From positions 1 to 37,336 of IMG/VR virus record IMGVR_UViG_3300031779_000006: 37,336 bases of DNA, one strand, 5' to 3'. The stretch comes from a virus (lineage: Duplodnaviria; Caudoviricetes). The notes under the pieces are model-generated. The model made no database searches. It had not been told where the DNA came from and was given only the letters and a program-made list of their open reading frames with translations. Positions 26,695 through 35,525 of the stretch are shown one piece after another (position 1 is the stretch's first letter; each line of letters begins with the position of its first letter). Both the position numbers and the translations under genes were made by a program.

Positions 26695-27720
26695 ATGAGT
26701 GAATCCAGGGCCGAGATGACGTCAGCGGCCATCAACGACCTCCCCGATTCTGCTTTTGCCTATATAGAGCCTGGTGGCTCTAAGGATGCCGGGGGGAAGA
26801 CGATACCTAGGAGCAAGCGGCACTTTCCTGTGCATGACGAGGCTCACGCTAGGAATGCACTCGCTCGCGCTCCGCAGTCGCCCTTCGGCAAGCAGGCCAT
26901 GAGCAAGATCCTGGCCGCATGCCGCAAGTTCGGGGTCACGGTCTCCGGCGACAACCGCGCCGCGTTCGGCGAGCTGCCCCCGGACGGCATGCCCGAGCGC
27001 CGCTTCACCCGGTTCCCGCCCGAGGTGCGCCAGGAGGCCGAGCACGGCCCGCAGTTCATCTACGGCTACGCGGCGGCGTTCGGCAAGCTGAGCCGCAAGC
27101 TGGGCGGCTTCGTGGAGCAGGTGGACCCGACCGCGTTCAACGAGACCAAGACCCTCGGCTGGCCCGACGTGGTCTGCAGGTACAACCACAAGGACGACGC
27201 CCTGCTGGGTACCACGCACGCCGGCACGCTGCGGCTGGCCACTGACCAGACCGGGCTCGCCTATGAGGTCAATCCGCCGCACGCCCGCGCCGACGTCCTC
27301 GAATACGTGACCCGCGGCGACGTGCGGCACAGCTCGTTCGCGTTCCGGGTGTTCCCCGGCGGCGACGAGTGGGGCGTGTCGGAGTTCAACTACCCGATGC
27401 GCACGTTGCTGTCGGTGCAGCTGGTAGACGTGGCGCCCGTGTTGGACCCGGCCTACCCGGATGCCACCGCCGGCGCCCGCGCGCTCAACGGCGCAGTCCA
27501 GAGCCTCGCCGACTGGGTGCAGGCCGACGTGGAGGAGGTCCGCAGCAGGCTCAACGAAGGCCGGGCGATGGAGTTCTTCAAGCGCTACCGCGACATCGAC
27601 GGCGGCAGGCCGAAGCCTGACCAGCGCGTCCGGCCGCCCAAGAAGCCGGTACTGACCGGTGCCCAGGCCCTGCTCACCCTGCAGGCCAACATGGAAGACC
27701 CCTGGGTGGACGAGGAGTAA
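26695..27720 (+). CDS. HK97-family prohead protease with extra N-terminal (DUF6582-like) domain
   Basis: GYAAAF, GGFVEQV, YNH, SSFAF, DVAPVLDPAY; N-terminal NDLPDSAFA...RHFPVHDEAHARNALAR. Confidence 0.9.
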   Translation: MSESRAEMTSAAINDLPDSAFAYIEPGGSKDAGGKTIPRSKRHFPVHDEAHARNALARAPQSPFGKQAMSKILAACRKFGVTVSGDNRAAFGELPPDGMPERRFTRFPPEVRQEAEHGPQFIYGYAAAFGKLSRKLGGFVEQVDPTAFNETKTLGWPDVVCRYNHKDDALLGTTHAGTLRLATDQTGLAYEVNPPHARADVLEYVTRGDVRHSSFAFRVFPGGDEWGVSEFNYPMRTLLSVQLVDVAPVLDPAYPDATAGARALNGAVQSLADWVQADVEEVRSRLNEGRAMEFFKRYRDIDGGRPKPDQRVRPPKKPVLTGAQALLTLQANMEDPWVDEE

Positions 27721-27745
27721 CAACCACGCAGTAACCAGTGCAAGC

Positions 27746-27784
27746 GCGCTGAGGCCGTAGCTGATCAACGGACGGAGCGAGCGC
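27746..27784 (+). promoter_or_regulatory. leader hairpin motif, covarying copy 4 (major capsid)
   Basis: GCGCT-GAGGCC-GT(N13)AC-GGAGCG-AGCGC. Confidence 0.6.
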
Positions 27785-27820
27785 AGGTGCAGAAGGCAAC
27801 CAACGCGAAAGGGAAAGAAA

Positions 27821-29077
27821 ATGCCTTCTGAAGTCGCAAAGCGTCTGAGGGATCGGCGCCTCCAGGTATGGGAGGAGGCCAAGGGCATCGCCGAATCCGC
27901 CGCATCCGAGAACCGCGCCCTCACCGATGAGGAGCAGGGCAAGTGGGACGCGATGCAGGAGGAGATGCAGAAGCTTGACGTCCGGATCAAGGCGGTCCTG
28001 GACACCGAGAAGCGGGCCAAGGAAGCCGACGACGCGTTCGACGCGCTGTCCGGCCGCAAGCCCGCTGAGGGCCAGGCCGCCCGCACCGCCGGCGGGTCCA
28101 AGATGCTGGACGAGGTCCGCAAGTGGGCGCGCGGAGACGAGGGCGCCGGACGTGCCCTGGAGATCCGCCGCGCACCCGAGCTCGGCCCGATCAACTACCG
28201 CGTCCTGACTGCTGGGACGGGCGGTTCCGCTAGCAGTATCGTGCCGATCGATTTCTACGACATGCTCATCGCACACCTGATCGAAGTTTCGGGTGTCATG
28301 CAGTGCGGACCGACCGTGCTCAACACCGGAGGCGGCGAGACGCTGCAGGTGCCGAAGACGACCGCGCACTCCACCGCGGCCTCCGCGGCCCAGGCAGGCA
28401 CGCTCCCGACGTCGGACCCGACGTTCGGCATGCAGCCGTTGTCGGCCTTCAAGTACGGCATCATGCTCCAGGTCGCCCGCGAGCTCATTGACGACACGGC
28501 CGTCGATCTCCTCGGGTACCTGGCCATGCAGGCGGGACGCGCGCTGGGCAATGCCTTCGGCAACGACCTGGTCAACGGGACTGGCACCGGCCAGCCGGCC
28601 GGCCTGGTCAGCACCGCGACGGTCGGCGTGACCGGCTCGGTGACCGGCGTGGCCGGCGCGCCCAGCTACGCCAACCTGGTCGACCTGGAGTACAGCGTAA
28701 TAGCTCCATACCGACAATCAAGGTCGTGTTACTGGCTGGCCGCGGACAAGACCATCGGCGGGTTCAGGAAAATTACCGACACGGTCGGCAGGCCGATCTG
28801 GGAACCGTCCGCGGTCCTCGGGTCTCCCGACCTGCTGCTCGGCAAGCCCCTGGTCGCCGACCCGTTCATGCCCGCCATGGCGACCGGGTCCAAGTCCATC
28901 GCGTTCGGCGACTTCAGCCAGTACTTCGTGAGGCTGGTGGGAGGCGTGAGGTTCGAGCGTTCGGACGACTTCGCCTTCGGTTCGGACCTTGTGACCTTCC
29001 GTGCTATACTTAGAGGAGATGGTACCCTCGTGGACCGCACGGGCGCGATCAAGATGTACCAGGGCGCAGCTACCTGA
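27821..29077 (+). CDS. HK97-fold major capsid protein
   Basis: Coiled-coil delta domain, VARELIDD, GTGTGQPAG, DTVGRPIW, LLGKPL, IAFGDFSQY. Confidence 0.95.
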   Translation: MPSEVAKRLRDRRLQVWEEAKGIAESAASENRALTDEEQGKWDAMQEEMQKLDVRIKAVLDTEKRAKEADDAFDALSGRKPAEGQAARTAGGSKMLDEVRKWARGDEGAGRALEIRRAPELGPINYRVLTAGTGGSASSIVPIDFYDMLIAHLIEVSGVMQCGPTVLNTGGGETLQVPKTTAHSTAASAAQAGTLPTSDPTFGMQPLSAFKYGIMLQVARELIDDTAVDLLGYLAMQAGRALGNAFGNDLVNGTGTGQPAGLVSTATVGVTGSVTGVAGAPSYANLVDLEYSVIAPYRQSRSCYWLAADKTIGGFRKITDTVGRPIWEPSAVLGSPDLLLGKPLVADPFMPAMATGSKSIAFGDFSQYFVRLVGGVRFERSDDFAFGSDLVTFRAILRGDGTLVDRTGAIKMYQGAAT

Positions 29078-29271
29078 CCTGCGGAAATGCGGCTACGCAT
29101 GCAGGCGTCACCGGCAAGCCCAGGCTCTGGCTGCAGGACGATGAGCGCATGCTGTAACCGCACTACTTCCACGGAACGTCACAAGGTTTGTTACACGATG
29201 AGTAGCTGGTATACTGGGAGAACGGACGGTAAGCCCACCGCCCGCTCTCAGCCAGGACCCTGTATAGGAGG

Positions 29272-30093
29272 GTGCCAGCTATGCCAGAGACTACGCGCAC
29301 GTGCTCATTCGAGGGTTGCGAGAAACCTCGCTACTCACGGGATTACTGCACAGCGCACTACCGGCAGGCTCTCAACGGCAAGCCGCTCAAGCCGCTCCGG
29401 CCGTATGTCAGGCGCGGACCTGAATGCCTCGCGGACGGATGCACGGCTAAACCGCATTCGCACGGATACTGCAAGGTCCACTGGCAGCGGCTGTCCCGTT
29501 ACGGCCGCCTGGAGCGCGTCAAGACGCAGTACGAGCCAGGGACGACTTGCTCCGTCGATGGCTGCGAGTCCCCCGTGAAGGCCGCAGGGTACTGCGACGT
29601 GCACTACATGCGCGTCCGGCGCAACGGAGAGCCCGGCACAGCAGCTTCCCAGGCAGGACTGCGACGCCGGAGCCAGTACGAGGGACTGGAGTGCGCGGTC
29701 GAAGGATGCACCAGGCCGGTAAAGTGCCTGACCTGGTGCAATATGCACTACCAGCGTTGGAAGCGCACCGGAGACCCGGCCGGGAAGTGGGGCGCTAACC
29801 CGCGGCAGAGCCAGGGATACACCACATCAGACGGCTATCGGATGGCACCCGACCGGCGAAACGGCCGTCCTGTCCTTGAGCACCGGCTGGTCATGGAGCA
29901 GGTGATCGGCCGCCCGCTGCACCGGCACGAGGAGCCGCACCACAAGAACGGCATCCGGGACGACAACGATCCGGGGAACCTGGAACTCTGGGTGAAGTGG
30001 CGTCAGCCGAACGGCCAGCGGCTGTCCGACCTGATCGAGTTCGTCGTGACGTACTACCCCGACGAGGTACGAACCGCTCTGGAGGCGACGTAG
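29272..30093 (+). CDS. free-standing HNH homing endonuclease with four C-x4-C-x9-C-x2-H repeats (start GTG 29272 or ATG 29281)
   Basis: CSFEGC..., CLADGC..., CSVDGC..., CAVEGC...; EHRLVME...HHKNGIRDDNDPGNLELW. Confidence 0.9.
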   Translation: MPAMPETTRTCSFEGCEKPRYSRDYCTAHYRQALNGKPLKPLRPYVRRGPECLADGCTAKPHSHGYCKVHWQRLSRYGRLERVKTQYEPGTTCSVDGCESPVKAAGYCDVHYMRVRRNGEPGTAASQAGLRRRSQYEGLECAVEGCTRPVKCLTWCNMHYQRWKRTGDPAGKWGANPRQSQGYTTSDGYRMAPDRRNGRPVLEHRLVMEQVIGRPLHRHEEPHHKNGIRDDNDPGNLELWVKWRQPNGQRLSDLIEFVVTYYPDEVRTALEAT

Positions 30094-30100
30094 CAAGCAG

Positions 30101-30141
30101 CCCCGGCCCGCGCAGCGAGTGGCCGCCCGCGCGGGCCGGGG
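30101..30141 (+). terminator. 13-bp perfect hairpin
   Basis: CCCCGGCCCGCGC...GCGCGGGCCGGGG. Confidence 0.55.
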
Positions 30142-30162
30142 AGCCAGGAAAGCGAGGCTAGC

Positions 30163-30750
30163 ATGCGCTCGGTCACGATGATCGTCAACCTGTCCGGCGG
30201 CGGCCCGGGCGGCCGGGACTGGCGGGACTTCCCGGCCGGGGCGTCGCTGGACGTGGAGGACTGGGAAGCCGAGGACCTGATCCGGATCGGGCTCGCCGTC
30301 GCCGGTCCGGAGGGGGGCGAGGGCGCTTCCGCCGCGCCCGAGCCCGAGGCGGAGGCCCCGGCCGCTGAGTCCGAGCCCGGGGCCGGGGCACCCGCCGAGC
30401 CGGCCGAGTATGAAGACGGCACGGGCGTCTCCCCGCTGGCCGAGGTGTCTGTGCTGGCCGAGACTTCCGGGACCGCGGCGGGGGCAACGGACCCAGAGCC
30501 AGAACCCCCGGCGCCCGCACCCGAGCCGGAGCCAGCGCCGCCGGAGCCGGAGCAGCTGCCGGACGAGGCGCCCGTGTCCCCGGAACCTCCCACCGATGGG
30601 AACAACCCGGAGCCGCCTCCGCTGGCCCCGGCGCCGCACCAGAACAAGCAAGCCTGGATCGACTGGGCGATCAGCCAGGGCGCCGATCCGGATACCGCTC
30701 ACAACATGACCAAGGCCGACCTGATGTCCCGTTACGGTGGTCGGCTCTAG
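30163..30750 (+). CDS. Pro/Glu-rich protein with small C-terminal helical domain, probably head-associated
   Basis: EAEDLIRIGLA N-domain; NKQAWIDWA...TKADLM C-domain; follows the capsid gene. Confidence 0.75.
   Translation: MRSVTMIVNLSGGGPGGRDWRDFPAGASLDVEDWEAEDLIRIGLAVAGPEGGEGASAAPEPEAEAPAAESEPGAGAPAEPAEYEDGTGVSPLAEVSVLAETSGTAAGATDPEPEPPAPAPEPEPAPPEPEQLPDEAPVSPEPPTDGNNPEPPPLAPAPHQNKQAWIDWAISQGADPDTAHNMTKADLMSRYGGRL
30586..30603. repeat. near-palindromic repeat copy 3 (inverted, intragenic)
   Basis: CCTCCCACCGATGGGAAC is the reverse complement of 9526-9543. Confidence 0.85.
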
Positions 30751-30770
30751 ACTGTCCAATAAGAGGGATT

Positions 30771-30793
30771 GCCCGCGGCCTACGGGAGCCGGG
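30771..30793 (+). promoter_or_regulatory. leader hairpin motif copy 5
   Basis: GCCCGCGGCC-TACG-GGAGCCGGG (C-UACG-G tetraloop), preceded by TAGACT. Confidence 0.75.
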
Positions 30794-30813
30794 CTCCGAG
30801 ATAGGAGCCCATC

Positions 30814-31374
30814 ATGGCTGACAGCACCCAGGTCCCCGGCTACGACCGGACCCTGGCCAACCGCGAGCCCCCGGGCCGGTCCGGTACCGGCAGCGGCGGC
30901 GACCTCGTCACCAGCGAGCCCGGCCAGTACCCGCCGGTCGCGCCGGGCGACACCACGATCTTCGGCGGGCCGCTGCCCACCGGGACCGGCGCGCCTGGCA
31001 CCGCCGGAGGCGACTACGGCGGCCCCGACACCAGCCAGGCCGGCCAGCTGGGCGACAGCTTCACCGGGCTGTCCCGGGACGACATCACCGATACGGGCGC
31101 GCCCGGTACTGATGGCGCGGACATCCCGGCTGGGGCCGGCCCGGACACGGTGAAGTTCACCCGGCCCGGGTCCTACCTGTCCGGCAGCTACGCCCAGGAC
31201 ACGGTCCGCGGCAAGGTCGATGGCCCGGCCGAGTGGACCGAGGCCAACTCCGGCGGCTACGGGACAGACGGGCCGAAGCTGCCCGGGATGAAGGAACCGA
31301 CCCCGGACGGCGGCCCGTTCCAGCCGGGTTCCGGCGGCCGGGTCATGCGCGGCGGCCGGGCCGTCCGCGGCTGA
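30814..31374 (+). CDS. Gly/Pro/Thr-rich protein, probably virion-associated
   Basis: SD AGGAG; repeated TGAPGT. Confidence 0.75.
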   Translation: MADSTQVPGYDRTLANREPPGRSGTGSGGDLVTSEPGQYPPVAPGDTTIFGGPLPTGTGAPGTAGGDYGGPDTSQAGQLGDSFTGLSRDDITDTGAPGTDGADIPAGAGPDTVKFTRPGSYLSGSYAQDTVRGKVDGPAEWTEANSGGYGTDGPKLPGMKEPTPDGGPFQPGSGGRVMRGGRAVRG

Positions 31375-31377
31375 GCC

Positions 31378-31686
31378 GTGCCGTTCAGCTCGGGCACCGT
31401 GGAGATCGGCGATACCGCCTCGCCGATCTGCCCGGTCGGCCGGGGCCGCACGGTCAAGGTGAAGAACCTGGACAACAGCACGACCGTGTACGTCGGCGGC
31501 CCGGACGTGACCACGGACGGCGACGGCGCAGGTTACCCGCTGGACGGCCGGGAATCCGAGACGTTCAGCGCCCCGCTGCCGCGTGAGTCGGTCGTCATCC
31601 CGGCCCCGGCCGACGACATGGCCCCGGACGTGCTGTACGGGCGCACTGAGCGGGGCAAGGCCAGGGTCGCCTGGATCTCGGCGTAG
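31378..31686 (+). CDS. small beta-rich protein, possible capsid decoration
   Basis: VKVKN....VYVGG.DVT....GYPL pattern. Confidence 0.7.
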   Translation: MPFSSGTVEIGDTASPICPVGRGRTVKVKNLDNSTTVYVGGPDVTTDGDGAGYPLDGRESETFSAPLPRESVVIPAPADDMAPDVLYGRTERGKARVAWISA

Positions 31687-31694
31687 GAGGAGCG

Positions 31695-32102
31695 ATGCAG
31701 GACCTCAGCAGTCTCGCTGATAACTCTATAACTGCCACGTCACAAGCAGCGGGTAATATGACCAGCTCGAACCGGCAGGCGATGACCGCGCCGGGCACCC
31801 AGCCGGTCACTCCGCTGCCGCCCGCCCGGGACCAGGACAGCCCCGACCTGACCATGACCGCGGAGATCCCGCCGGGCACGTCCGGTAAGCCGCAGGCCAG
31901 CAAGCAGGCCGGGGAACCGAACCCGCCGCACCCGGCCTGGGGCAAGACCACGACCCCGGAGGTGGTCCGGATCCCGGCGCCCGTGCCGCCCGACCTGATC
32001 GGCGACGCCGGCCAGGCCGTCATCGGCGTGGCCGGCCCGGCCCGGGGAGCCACGTCCGGGCGCGCATCGAGCGCCGCAGCAAGCAGCAGCAACGGAGGTT
32101 GA
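31695..32102 (+). CDS. hypothetical protein
   Basis: SD AGGAGGAG. Confidence 0.75.
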   Translation: MQDLSSLADNSITATSQAAGNMTSSNRQAMTAPGTQPVTPLPPARDQDSPDLTMTAEIPPGTSGKPQASKQAGEPNPPHPAWGKTTTPEVVRIPAPVPPDLIGDAGQAVIGVAGPARGATSGRASSAAASSSNGG

Positions 32103-32103
32103 C

Positions 32104-32310
32104 ATGCCTGACGCACCCAGCCCGATCACCAGCCCGCCCGACGTAGACGGCCAGCCCTGGGACGCCACGTCCGAGTCCTCGGTCGGCAAGTGGGACTGCC
32201 TGGAAGACGTCGCCGGCGAGATCGGTTTTGACGGCAGCCAGAGCGGCGACCACTTCGCCGGCGCCGACCGGCACGCCGGCGGCCAGAGCGGCCCGTGGAA
32301 GCAGACCTGA
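32104..32310 (+). CDS. hypothetical protein
   Basis: SD GGAGG. Confidence 0.75.
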   Translation: MPDAPSPITSPPDVDGQPWDATSESSVGKWDCLEDVAGEIGFDGSQSGDHFAGADRHAGGQSGPWKQT

Positions 32311-32312
32311 TC

Positions 32313-32453
32313 ATGGCCGACAACTCGCATCAGGGCAACGCCAACAAGGCCACGGTCGGCACGGGCGGCACGGTTAAGCCCGCCGGGCAGGAGCTGTCCA
32401 CCGTCAAGAACGCCAACCTGGCCCATCAGGGCAACGCCAACCTGGCGCACTGA
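32313..32453 (+). CDS. small protein (46 aa) with HQGNAN repeats, not in ORF track
   Basis: ATG 2 nt after previous stop, TGATG overlap; CATCAGGGCAACGCCAAC occurs twice. Confidence 0.65.
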   Translation: MADNSHQGNANKATVGTGGTVKPAGQELSTVKNANLAHQGNANLAH

Positions 32454-33151
32454 TGGCCCAGCCGTGGCCGGACGGAGACGAGCCGGGCAACCCCGGCGGC
32501 CTGGAGATGGGCACCGTCAAGGCGGACGGCGGGGAGTGCGCCCGGGAATGGCCGAACGGGGCACCCGGCCACGGCTACTACGACCCGCCGCCCACTGTGC
32601 CCCCGCCGCCGTACGTGCCCGCGCTGGAGGTTACCGGGGTGCAACCGGATCACGGCGACGTGGCCGGCGGCGCCCTCACGGACGTGTACGGCGCGGACTT
32701 CACCACGGGCGGCACTACCACGGTCACGTTCGGCGGCGCGGCGGCGACATCGGTCGTGGTGGTCACGCCGGAGCACCTGACCTGCTTCCCGCCAGCCGGC
32801 ACCGCAGGCCCCGCCGACGTCACCGTCACGACCCCGGACGGCTCGGCGACCCTGCCCGGCGGGTACACCTACGAGCTGGCAACCGCACCGGTCACGGCGG
32901 TCGCGGACTTCACCTACACCCCGTCCAACCCGACCACCCAGACGATGGTCACGTTCGACGCGTCGGCCAGCACACCCGGCGCCGGGCAGACGATTACCAG
33001 CTACGCGTGGCTGTTCAACAACTCGGCTACCCGGAGCGGTGTGACGTGCACCTGGCGGCTGCCCAGCGGTCACGGCGAGTACGACGCCCAGTTGACCATC
33101 ACCGACTCCGGGAGCGCAACCGACAGCCTGACGCAGGTGATCACGATATGA
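32453..33151 (+). CDS. IPT/TIG plus PKD Ig-like domain protein
   Basis: VTGVQPDHG..AGG...VYGADF...VTFGG; ADFTYTP...VTFDASAS...ITSYAW.F...LTITDSG. Confidence 0.85.
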   Translation: MAQPWPDGDEPGNPGGLEMGTVKADGGECAREWPNGAPGHGYYDPPPTVPPPPYVPALEVTGVQPDHGDVAGGALTDVYGADFTTGGTTTVTFGGAAATSVVVVTPEHLTCFPPAGTAGPADVTVTTPDGSATLPGGYTYELATAPVTAVADFTYTPSNPTTQTMVTFDASASTPGAGQTITSYAWLFNNSATRSGVTCTWRLPSGHGEYDAQLTITDSGSATDSLTQVITI

Positions 33152-33915
33152 CCGAGCCCCGCATCCTTGTCATCACCCCGTCCCGGGGGCGGTCCGGGCG
33201 GCTCACGGCTATGCTGGACGCGACCCTGTCCACCTCCGGGCCGGGTACCCACGTCGCGGTGTGCACCGATGCCGACGACCCGGACCGCGGCGGGTACGAG
33301 CAGCTGGCCGCCGACGCCCGCGAGCTGTGGCCGGGCCGGACCTTCTGGCACCGCGGCCCGCGCAAGTCCCTGGCCGCCTGGACCAACTACCTGGCCGTGT
33401 CCTGGCCGCGCGCCGCCCGGTACGGTTACCTGGCCAGCCTGGGCGATGACCACGTCCCCCGTACGCAGGGCTGGGACGGTGTCCTGACAGGTGCGATCGA
33501 GGCGATGGGCGGTACCGGGATCGCCTACGGGGACGACGGCTGGCAGCATGAGAACATGCCGACCGCCTGGGTGATGAGCGCCGGCATCGTCCGGGTGCTC
33601 GGCTGGCTGTTCCTGCCCGGCCTCGGGCACGGCTACTTCGGCGACAACGCCATCCGGGACCTGGGCGAGCTGGCCGGCTGCCTGCGCTACTGCCCGGGGG
33701 TGAAGATCATCCACGAGCACCCGGACGCCGGCAAGGCCCCCGGGGACGTCACCTACGCCGAGGCGGTGCCGTCCTGGGCGGGTGATGAGCAGGCGTACCT
33801 GGCCTGGGGCCGCTCCCCCGGTGACGATATGCCCAGTCAGCGTGACCTGGACGTGATCGCCGTCCGGAACGTCATGAGGCTGCGGGCACGCACCGTGCCG
33901 GGGGTGCCGGCGTGA
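33148..33915 (+). CDS. GT-A fold glycosyltransferase
   Basis: ILVITPSRGR, LGDDH, GYFGDN, IIHEHP. Confidence 0.8.
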   Translation: MTEPRILVITPSRGRSGRLTAMLDATLSTSGPGTHVAVCTDADDPDRGGYEQLAADARELWPGRTFWHRGPRKSLAAWTNYLAVSWPRAARYGYLASLGDDHVPRTQGWDGVLTGAIEAMGGTGIAYGDDGWQHENMPTAWVMSAGIVRVLGWLFLPGLGHGYFGDNAIRDLGELAGCLRYCPGVKIIHEHPDAGKAPGDVTYAEAVPSWAGDEQAYLAWGRSPGDDMPSQRDLDVIAVRNVMRLRARTVPGVPA

Positions 33916-34469
33916 CCCTGACCGCGCAGCATACCGCCAGGGCCGGGGGCAGCTGGTGTGATATCCAGGGCCACCTGGCGTTCCTGTACGCCCAGGCGGA
34001 AGGCCGGGCGGTGATCGCCGAGCTGGGCGTCCGCGGCGGGAACTCGACCTGCGCGTTCCTGGCCGCGATCGAGACCGCCGGGTCCGGGCAGCTGTGGTCG
34101 GTGGACGTCGCCTCGCCGGGTGTCCCGGTGTCCTGGCACGACCTGCCGTACTGGCATTTCCTGTGCGCCGATGACACCAGCCAGCAGGCCATGGACTGGC
34201 TGCCGCCGAAACTGGACCTGCTGTTCATCGACACCAGCCACGGGCTCGATCACACCCTCGCTGAGCTGACCGCGTACGGTCCGCGGGTCCGGTCAGGTGG
34301 CGTCATCCTGTGCCACGACACCTGCTGGCTGCCCGGCGACGTGGAAACCCGCGAGCCGGTCGGGCCGGTCGCCCGCGCGCTGGATGTATGGTGCCAGGCC
34401 CAACCGTATGAACTGTCTTGGAGCAACCGGGCCGGGTCGTTTGGCCTGGGCGTGATCGAGGTGCCATGA
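33912..34469 (+). CDS. class I SAM-dependent methyltransferase (Methyltransf_24-like)
   Basis: ELGVRGGNST, WSVD, DLLFIDTSH, GGVILCHD. Confidence 0.9.
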   Translation: MTLTAQHTARAGGSWCDIQGHLAFLYAQAEGRAVIAELGVRGGNSTCAFLAAIETAGSGQLWSVDVASPGVPVSWHDLPYWHFLCADDTSQQAMDWLPPKLDLLFIDTSHGLDHTLAELTAYGPRVRSGGVILCHDTCWLPGDVETREPVGPVARALDVWCQAQPYELSWSNRAGSFGLGVIEVP

Positions 34470-34771
34470 GCGACAAGGTGATCGTCGGCGACGGGTCCGC
34501 CCAGCGGATGGCCGAGTGGGAGGCGCAGTACGCGCACGAGTGCGCCGCGGTCGCCGAGGGCTGGTGCCCCGTGCACCGGACCGTGCTGCACCCGGTGGAG
34601 ATCCGCGGCGGCGATGAGATGGTGGCCGGGCACTGCTCGTTGTGCAGCCGGTACTGGTTCTACGACACGAAACTGGCCGAGGTCGGCTGGATGCTGGACC
34701 ACGATCCGCACACCGGAGTGTGGGTGCCGCCGGAGCGGCCGAAGCGGTGGCCCGGCTGGAGCCCGCTGTGA
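34466..34771 (+). CDS. zinc-binding protein, tandem paralogue A
   Basis: CPVH...HCSLC; ATGA overlap. Confidence 0.75.
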   Translation: MSDKVIVGDGSAQRMAEWEAQYAHECAAVAEGWCPVHRTVLHPVEIRGGDEMVAGHCSLCSRYWFYDTKLAEVGWMLDHDPHTGVWVPPERPKRWPGWSPL

Positions 34772-35010
34772 GCATCCTCAAGGTCACCGCGGTCACTGAG
34801 GGCCTGTGCCCGGTGCATGGCACCGAACTGCACCCGGTGCAGATGCAGTACCCGGTCCGGCAGCACGGCCGCGACATCGCCGGGCACTGCTCGCCGTGCG
34901 GCCGGTACTGGTTCTATGACCCGGACGAGGACGAAGCCGGCTGGATGCTGGACCACGATCCGAACACCGGGGTCTGGGTGCCCCCGCAACGCCACGAGTG
35001 GTCGGTGTGA
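34768..35010 (+). CDS. zinc-binding protein, tandem paralogue B
   Basis: CPVH...HCSPC; GTGA overlap. Confidence 0.75.
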   Translation: MSILKVTAVTEGLCPVHGTELHPVQMQYPVRQHGRDIAGHCSPCGRYWFYDPDEDEAGWMLDHDPNTGVWVPPQRHEWSV

Positions 35011-35168
35011 GCCCCCGGCTGGCCAGCCAGGCCCTGGCCGTGGTGGCACTGGGAGCAGCCGTGTACGAGGCGGTTACCAGGCTGGCCCCGTCCTGGCTGC
35101 AGGCCATGTTCATGTGGTTCGTCATCGCGGTGCTCGCCTGGGGCCTGGCGAGGGCGAAGCGGCCATGA
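35007..35168 (+). CDS. small 2-TM membrane protein (53 aa), not in ORF track
   Basis: GTGA/ATGA overlaps; hydrophobic. Confidence 0.6.
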   Translation: MSPRLASQALAVVALGAAVYEAVTRLAPSWLQAMFMWFVIAVLAWGLARAKRP

Positions 35169-35428
35169 CCGCGCGGTACTGGGTGCTCGCCTCCGATGAG
35201 CTGATCGAGACTATGGACCCGTCCCTGCTGCCGGACGGGATCAGGTTGACCGGCATCCGCGCTGACTGGGATCCGGCCGCGCACCTGCTGGAGCGGTCGC
35301 ACTGGTACCTGGTCACCGACGACGAAGCGCCCAAAGACCTGGACGGCCGACAGGTGGAGCTGGTCCTGGGCCGGCGCGGGCGCGAAGGCGCGAGATCCGT
35401 GATCATCGAACGGCGGGTGGTCGCGTGA
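35165..35428 (+). CDS. hypothetical protein
   Basis: ATGA overlap; MTARYWVLASDEL... Confidence 0.7.
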   Translation: MTARYWVLASDELIETMDPSLLPDGIRLTGIRADWDPAAHLLERSHWYLVTDDEAPKDLDGRQVELVLGRRGREGARSVIIERRVVA

Positions 35429-35525
35429 GCATCCCCAAGGTTCTCCCAGGTAAACTGGCAGTAAGAGCCCCGGCGAGGCAGCAACCTCCCGGGGCAGTGA
35501 CCGAACCTGATGGAAGCAGGCCGGT

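Noticed and set aside
21002-28717. Long minus-strand ORFs opposite terminase, protease and capsid (also opposite the translocase)
   Set aside because: Antisense shadows of high-GC3 genes with no motifs or SD.
30125-30148. GCCCGCGCGGGCC-GG-GGAGCCAGG as a sixth leader motif
   Set aside because: Loop too short and better explained as the 3' arm of the 13-bp hairpin at 30101-30141.
32328-32450. 18-bp direct repeat as an att site or DGR repeat
   Set aside because: In frame within a small ORF, giving a peptide repeat; no recombinase or reverse transcriptase nearby.
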